NCBI RefSeq assembly: GCF_964204645.1
Contig: NC_134033.1
Location: forward strand, 3,244,131 to 3,308,130
Direction of reading: 5' to 3'
Source: Tubulanus polymorphus
Taxonomy: Eukaryota > Animalia > Nemertea
DNA length: 64,000 nt
The notes under the pieces are model-generated. The model was not told the origin of the DNA. It did no database searches and saw only the letters and a list, made by a program, of their open reading frames with translations. Below are positions 60,442 to 64,000 of this stretch, piece after piece; position 1 is the first letter of the stretch, and each line of letters starts with the position of its first letter. The translations under genes and the position numbers were made by a program.

Positions 60442-62089
60442 CCCTCTCCCTCTCCCTCTCCCTCTCCCTCTCCCTCTCCCTCTCCCTCTCCCTCTCCCTC
60501 TCCCTCTCCCTCTCCCTCTCCCTCTCCCTCTCCCTCTCCCTCTCCCTCTCCCTCTCCCTCTCTCTCTCTCTCTCTCCCCATCTCTCCCTCTCTCCGTCTC
60601 TCCCTCTCTTTCCATCTCTCCCTCTTTCCCTCTCTCCTCTCCCTCACTCCCTCTCACTCCCTCTCTCTCTTTTTTCGATAAACAATTCCCTGCTAACCTA
60701 TATCGACTAGAAGAGTTCAAGATGCCTATACTAATTTCTATAAACTACGTAACGCATCTAATAATTCGACTCGTGAAAATCTGATAGTACAACCACCCAC
60801 GTAGAACGGGGCTCGCATCGGGGGAAAATTAACGTTTTCTCCAGAGCGCTACCTGAGCTGAACTCGGCGCAGGTAGATGCAATAACAATTCCGAAGATAA
60901 AGTCAAAATATATTTATCGTTAATAGCCATCCAGGGGCGGATTAAAACTCCAGACGGGCCTGGTTACAACTACTATTTTCAAAGTGGTTGCTACTGTTTT
61001 TATGAGTTCAAGACTCCTAAAATCACCATAATATTAGTTCATTTTCAAATAAGATAGGCCTACAATTTTTTTATATTGAAAAATCACCATAATAATAGTT
61101 CATTTTCAATTAAACTAGGCCTGTAATTTTCATATATCGAAAAATGTCTTTTAGTTCCCAATTTTCCCTACTTTTAAATCTGCCTATGACTACTATTTGA
61201 AAGTACGTAGTGCGTACGCGAGAGCTCATGATCGCGATCATTTCTAGTTCATTTTTCCAATTGAACTACGCATAATCAGGAAAATCGTAAACAGGTAACC
61301 AGGAAATAAAGAATCGACGGGCGAGGGTTTTTCGAAAAAAGCAGGAAAAAAACCAGTTTTTTTGTAATAGTACGTTCGACCCTACAGCCGGCAGACGCGA
61401 ACGTGTCGGGTTTTTTGCTTCCGTTAAAAAAAGAAACGAGGCGTCTGCTTAAAAACCGCCTTTCTCTCCTTCGCAAACTTACGAAGTCATTAAAAGTAAT
61501 TCATGACTCGGAGCGAAGAATGTCGGTTCATTTTTTTTAACGCTCCGACGCGAAATACTTTACAGTCCCCCTCGCGGTCCCGTCGTTCCCCTTGCGGCCC
61601 CGTCGGTCGCCCCACGACTGGCCCCTTGAACGAATTCCATGTGAATTTTTTTTTTCAAGAGAGCGAAAAAAAAGAAGACGGCTTCGGTCGTCGTCGTCGT
61701 CGTTCGTTTCTATGGAGTCTGCGCAACACTTCACGTCTGCGTTGTACGTGTACAAAGAGGCCTCGCTTAAAAAGTGGCGTATTAAGAGAAAAAATTTTTT
61801 TAAAAATTATTCTCTGGGAAAAAGATCTGGATCGTCGCGTACGGATTAATGAGATATTGCCGCTTAAAATTCTCGAGGGGAATCTCGAATCAGCCGTACC
61901 CGATTCCGCCCTAAATTCTACTCTTCCCTTTCCCCACGTCTCAAATCTACTCCTCCAAATTTCGTCCGGCCAAATTCCGACCTTCTCTTCCTCGATGAGG
62001 GGTGTATCCAGGATCGAAGGCAGGAGGTCGTCTGTGTATGAAATTTTAGCGCCTTTTGCCGAGCTTTTTCGCGATTTCAATGGAACCTG

Positions 62090-62142
<53 letters not shown>

Positions 62143-62556
62143 GTCATGTCGTTACTATTTACATAAATGGCCTAGGGGCCGAGGAACGTAGACATTTAGG
62201 TAATTATTTAAGGGAGGTAGTTTCAACTATCATCATGAATTGATCATTTTGATGATAACATATGCATTATTTTGAGGAATATAATAATAGACTTTGAAAT
62301 TATGAAAAAAAACATTACATTTCCACCGCTAAAGTGCGAATAACTGTAGATAGAAAGATAGATATTTATTTTCGGTAAACTGTACATACAATATGAATGA
62401 TAATCGATACAATTGTTTTTCTATTATTTATACATGATGTTGGTTCCAGGGTTCGAGGGATTCAGCGCGAGCCAATAGGCTGGGCCTAGAAGTTTAAGTC
62501 GCAGTAAAACCGTGGTTAAACAGCCGATAGGAAATTTAGATTAGTTTTTTCGTCGT

Positions 62557-63440
62557 TCAAGAAGCTTAATTCATACTTTTCTTGCAGAAATATTCAGTCT
62601 GGAATTATTTAGGGGTTACCCAGTTCGCCCGCCGCCGCGCGACATTGTTTTTCTTTCCTCCACTCAATACGTACTCGTATTCAGGCCTCTCGAACCGCGC
62701 TCAAACTCAACTCAACTCAAATCGCGCTATTACAATGTCGCTGGAGAATTATCATTCGCGTTAATTCAACGTTCAATGTCAAGAAGCTTAATTCATACTT
62801 TTCTTGCAGAAATATTCAGTCTGGAATTATTTAGGGGTTACCCAGTTCGCCCGCCGCCGCGCGACATTGTTTTTCTTTCCTCCACTCAATACGTACTCGT
62901 ATTCAGGCCTCTCGAACCGCGCTCAAACTCAACTCAACTCAAATCGCGCTATTACAATGTCGCTGGAGAATTATCATTCGCGTTAATTCAACGTTCAATG
63001 TCAAGAAGCTTAATTCATACTTTTCTTGCAGAAATATTCAGTCTGGAATTATTTAGGGGTTACCCAGTTCGCCCGCCGCCGCGCGACATTGTTTTTCTTT
63101 CCTCCACTCAATACGTACTCGTATTCAGGCCTCTCGAACCGCGCTCAAACTCAACTCAACTCAAATCGCGCTATTACAATGTCGCTGGAGAATTATCATT
63201 CGCGTTAATTCAACGTTCAATGTCAAGAAGCTTAATTCATACTTTTCTTGCAGAAATATTCAGTCTGGAATTATTTAGGGGTTACCCAGTTCGCCCGCCG
63301 CCGCGCGACATTGTTTTTCTTTCCTCCACTCAATACGTACTCGTATTCAGGCCTCTCGAACCGCGCTCAAACTCAACTCAACTCAAATCGCGCTATTACA
63401 ATGTCGCTGGAGAATTATCATTCGCGTTAATTCATCGTTC
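62557..63440. repeat. 222-bp tandem repeat, 4 essentially identical copies
   Basis: Units start at 62557, 62779, 63001 and 63223. Confidence 0.95.
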
Positions 63441-63649
63441 GCGGAAACGATACATACACGATTATCAGAGATTCGTTTCTAATTACGAGTCGTCAATTCT
63501 CTATAGTCACATGATTAATGCACTTGTTCCAGTCGGTCGGGGTCATGTTACCCTGAACTATGTGAACTCTATATATACATTCATTATCACGTATTTTACT
63601 GATTGTAGTCGAGATGTGTTACTGCGGCATGTATGGATTCTCCTGTGGT

Positions 63650-64000
63650 CCACCAGGTGTCGCTAGTAGTTACTCGGTGGACGAGTCTTCCGCGTTTCAA
63701 TTTCTTTTCTATATTTCAATAAGAAACCTGAACTGCGCCAATTTGCGATTCCTCTTTAGGCATGCAATGATCCACCAGGTGTCGCTAGTAGTTACTCTAT
63801 CGTTGGTGGCAAGTGAGGATCCACCTGGTGTCGCTAGTGCGCAGTAGGACATTAACTACTGCTGCAACAGAGGACTCCACTTGTGACAAGTGAGGATCCA
63901 CCTGGTGTCGCTAGTGTGCAGTAGGACATCAACTACTGCGGCAAAAAAGGACTCCACTTGTGGCAAGTGAGCATTCACCAGGTGTCACTAGTGTACAGTA
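63650..64000. repeat. ~77-bp repeat family array (inverted), runs off window
   Basis: CCACCAGGTGTCGCTAGT units. Confidence 0.85.

Noticed and set aside
61276-62138. ORFs of 66-211 aa
   Set aside because: They contain homopolymer runs and (TA)n, with no domain or splice support.
62557-63440. Retrozyme-type tandem repeat
   Set aside because: Unit size fits, but there is no CUGANGA core on either strand.

Overview
Eukaryotic (invertebrate animal, probably lophotrochozoan; inference) genomic DNA with GT-AG introns, CpG-rich exons and repeat-dense introns. Four spliced genes were reconstructed by hand. (1) The 5' part of a GCKIII/STK24-25-26 kinase (minus strand, runs off the left edge). (2) A complete 12-exon ANKRD42 (minus). 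(3) A complete 7-exon NUFIP1 (plus), head-to-head with ANKRD42. (4) The 5' part of an FNDC3/mtgo-family gene (plus, runs off the right edge). Two intronless genes are nested antisense inside introns: a class-A peptide-receptor-like GPCR in NUFIP1 intron 1, and an uncharacterised 116-aa helical protein with a textbook TATA + initiator in kinase intron 3. Non-coding highlights: a Penelope-like inverted-repeat insertion with a 14-bp TSD carrying a minimal hammerhead ribozyme, a second decayed hammerhead, a candidate 9-nt microexon (ANKRD42), a candidate 39-nt cassette exon (FNDC3), and RFX X-box-like palindromes inside a NUFIP1 C-terminal extension. There are also about 9 piggyBac-type MITE copies, Harbinger-type MITEs, a SINE and many minisatellites, several apparently derived from MITE ends. 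No rRNA, intact tRNA or CRISPR was seen. All homology calls come from recalled family motifs, not from searches; repeat boundaries are approximate.
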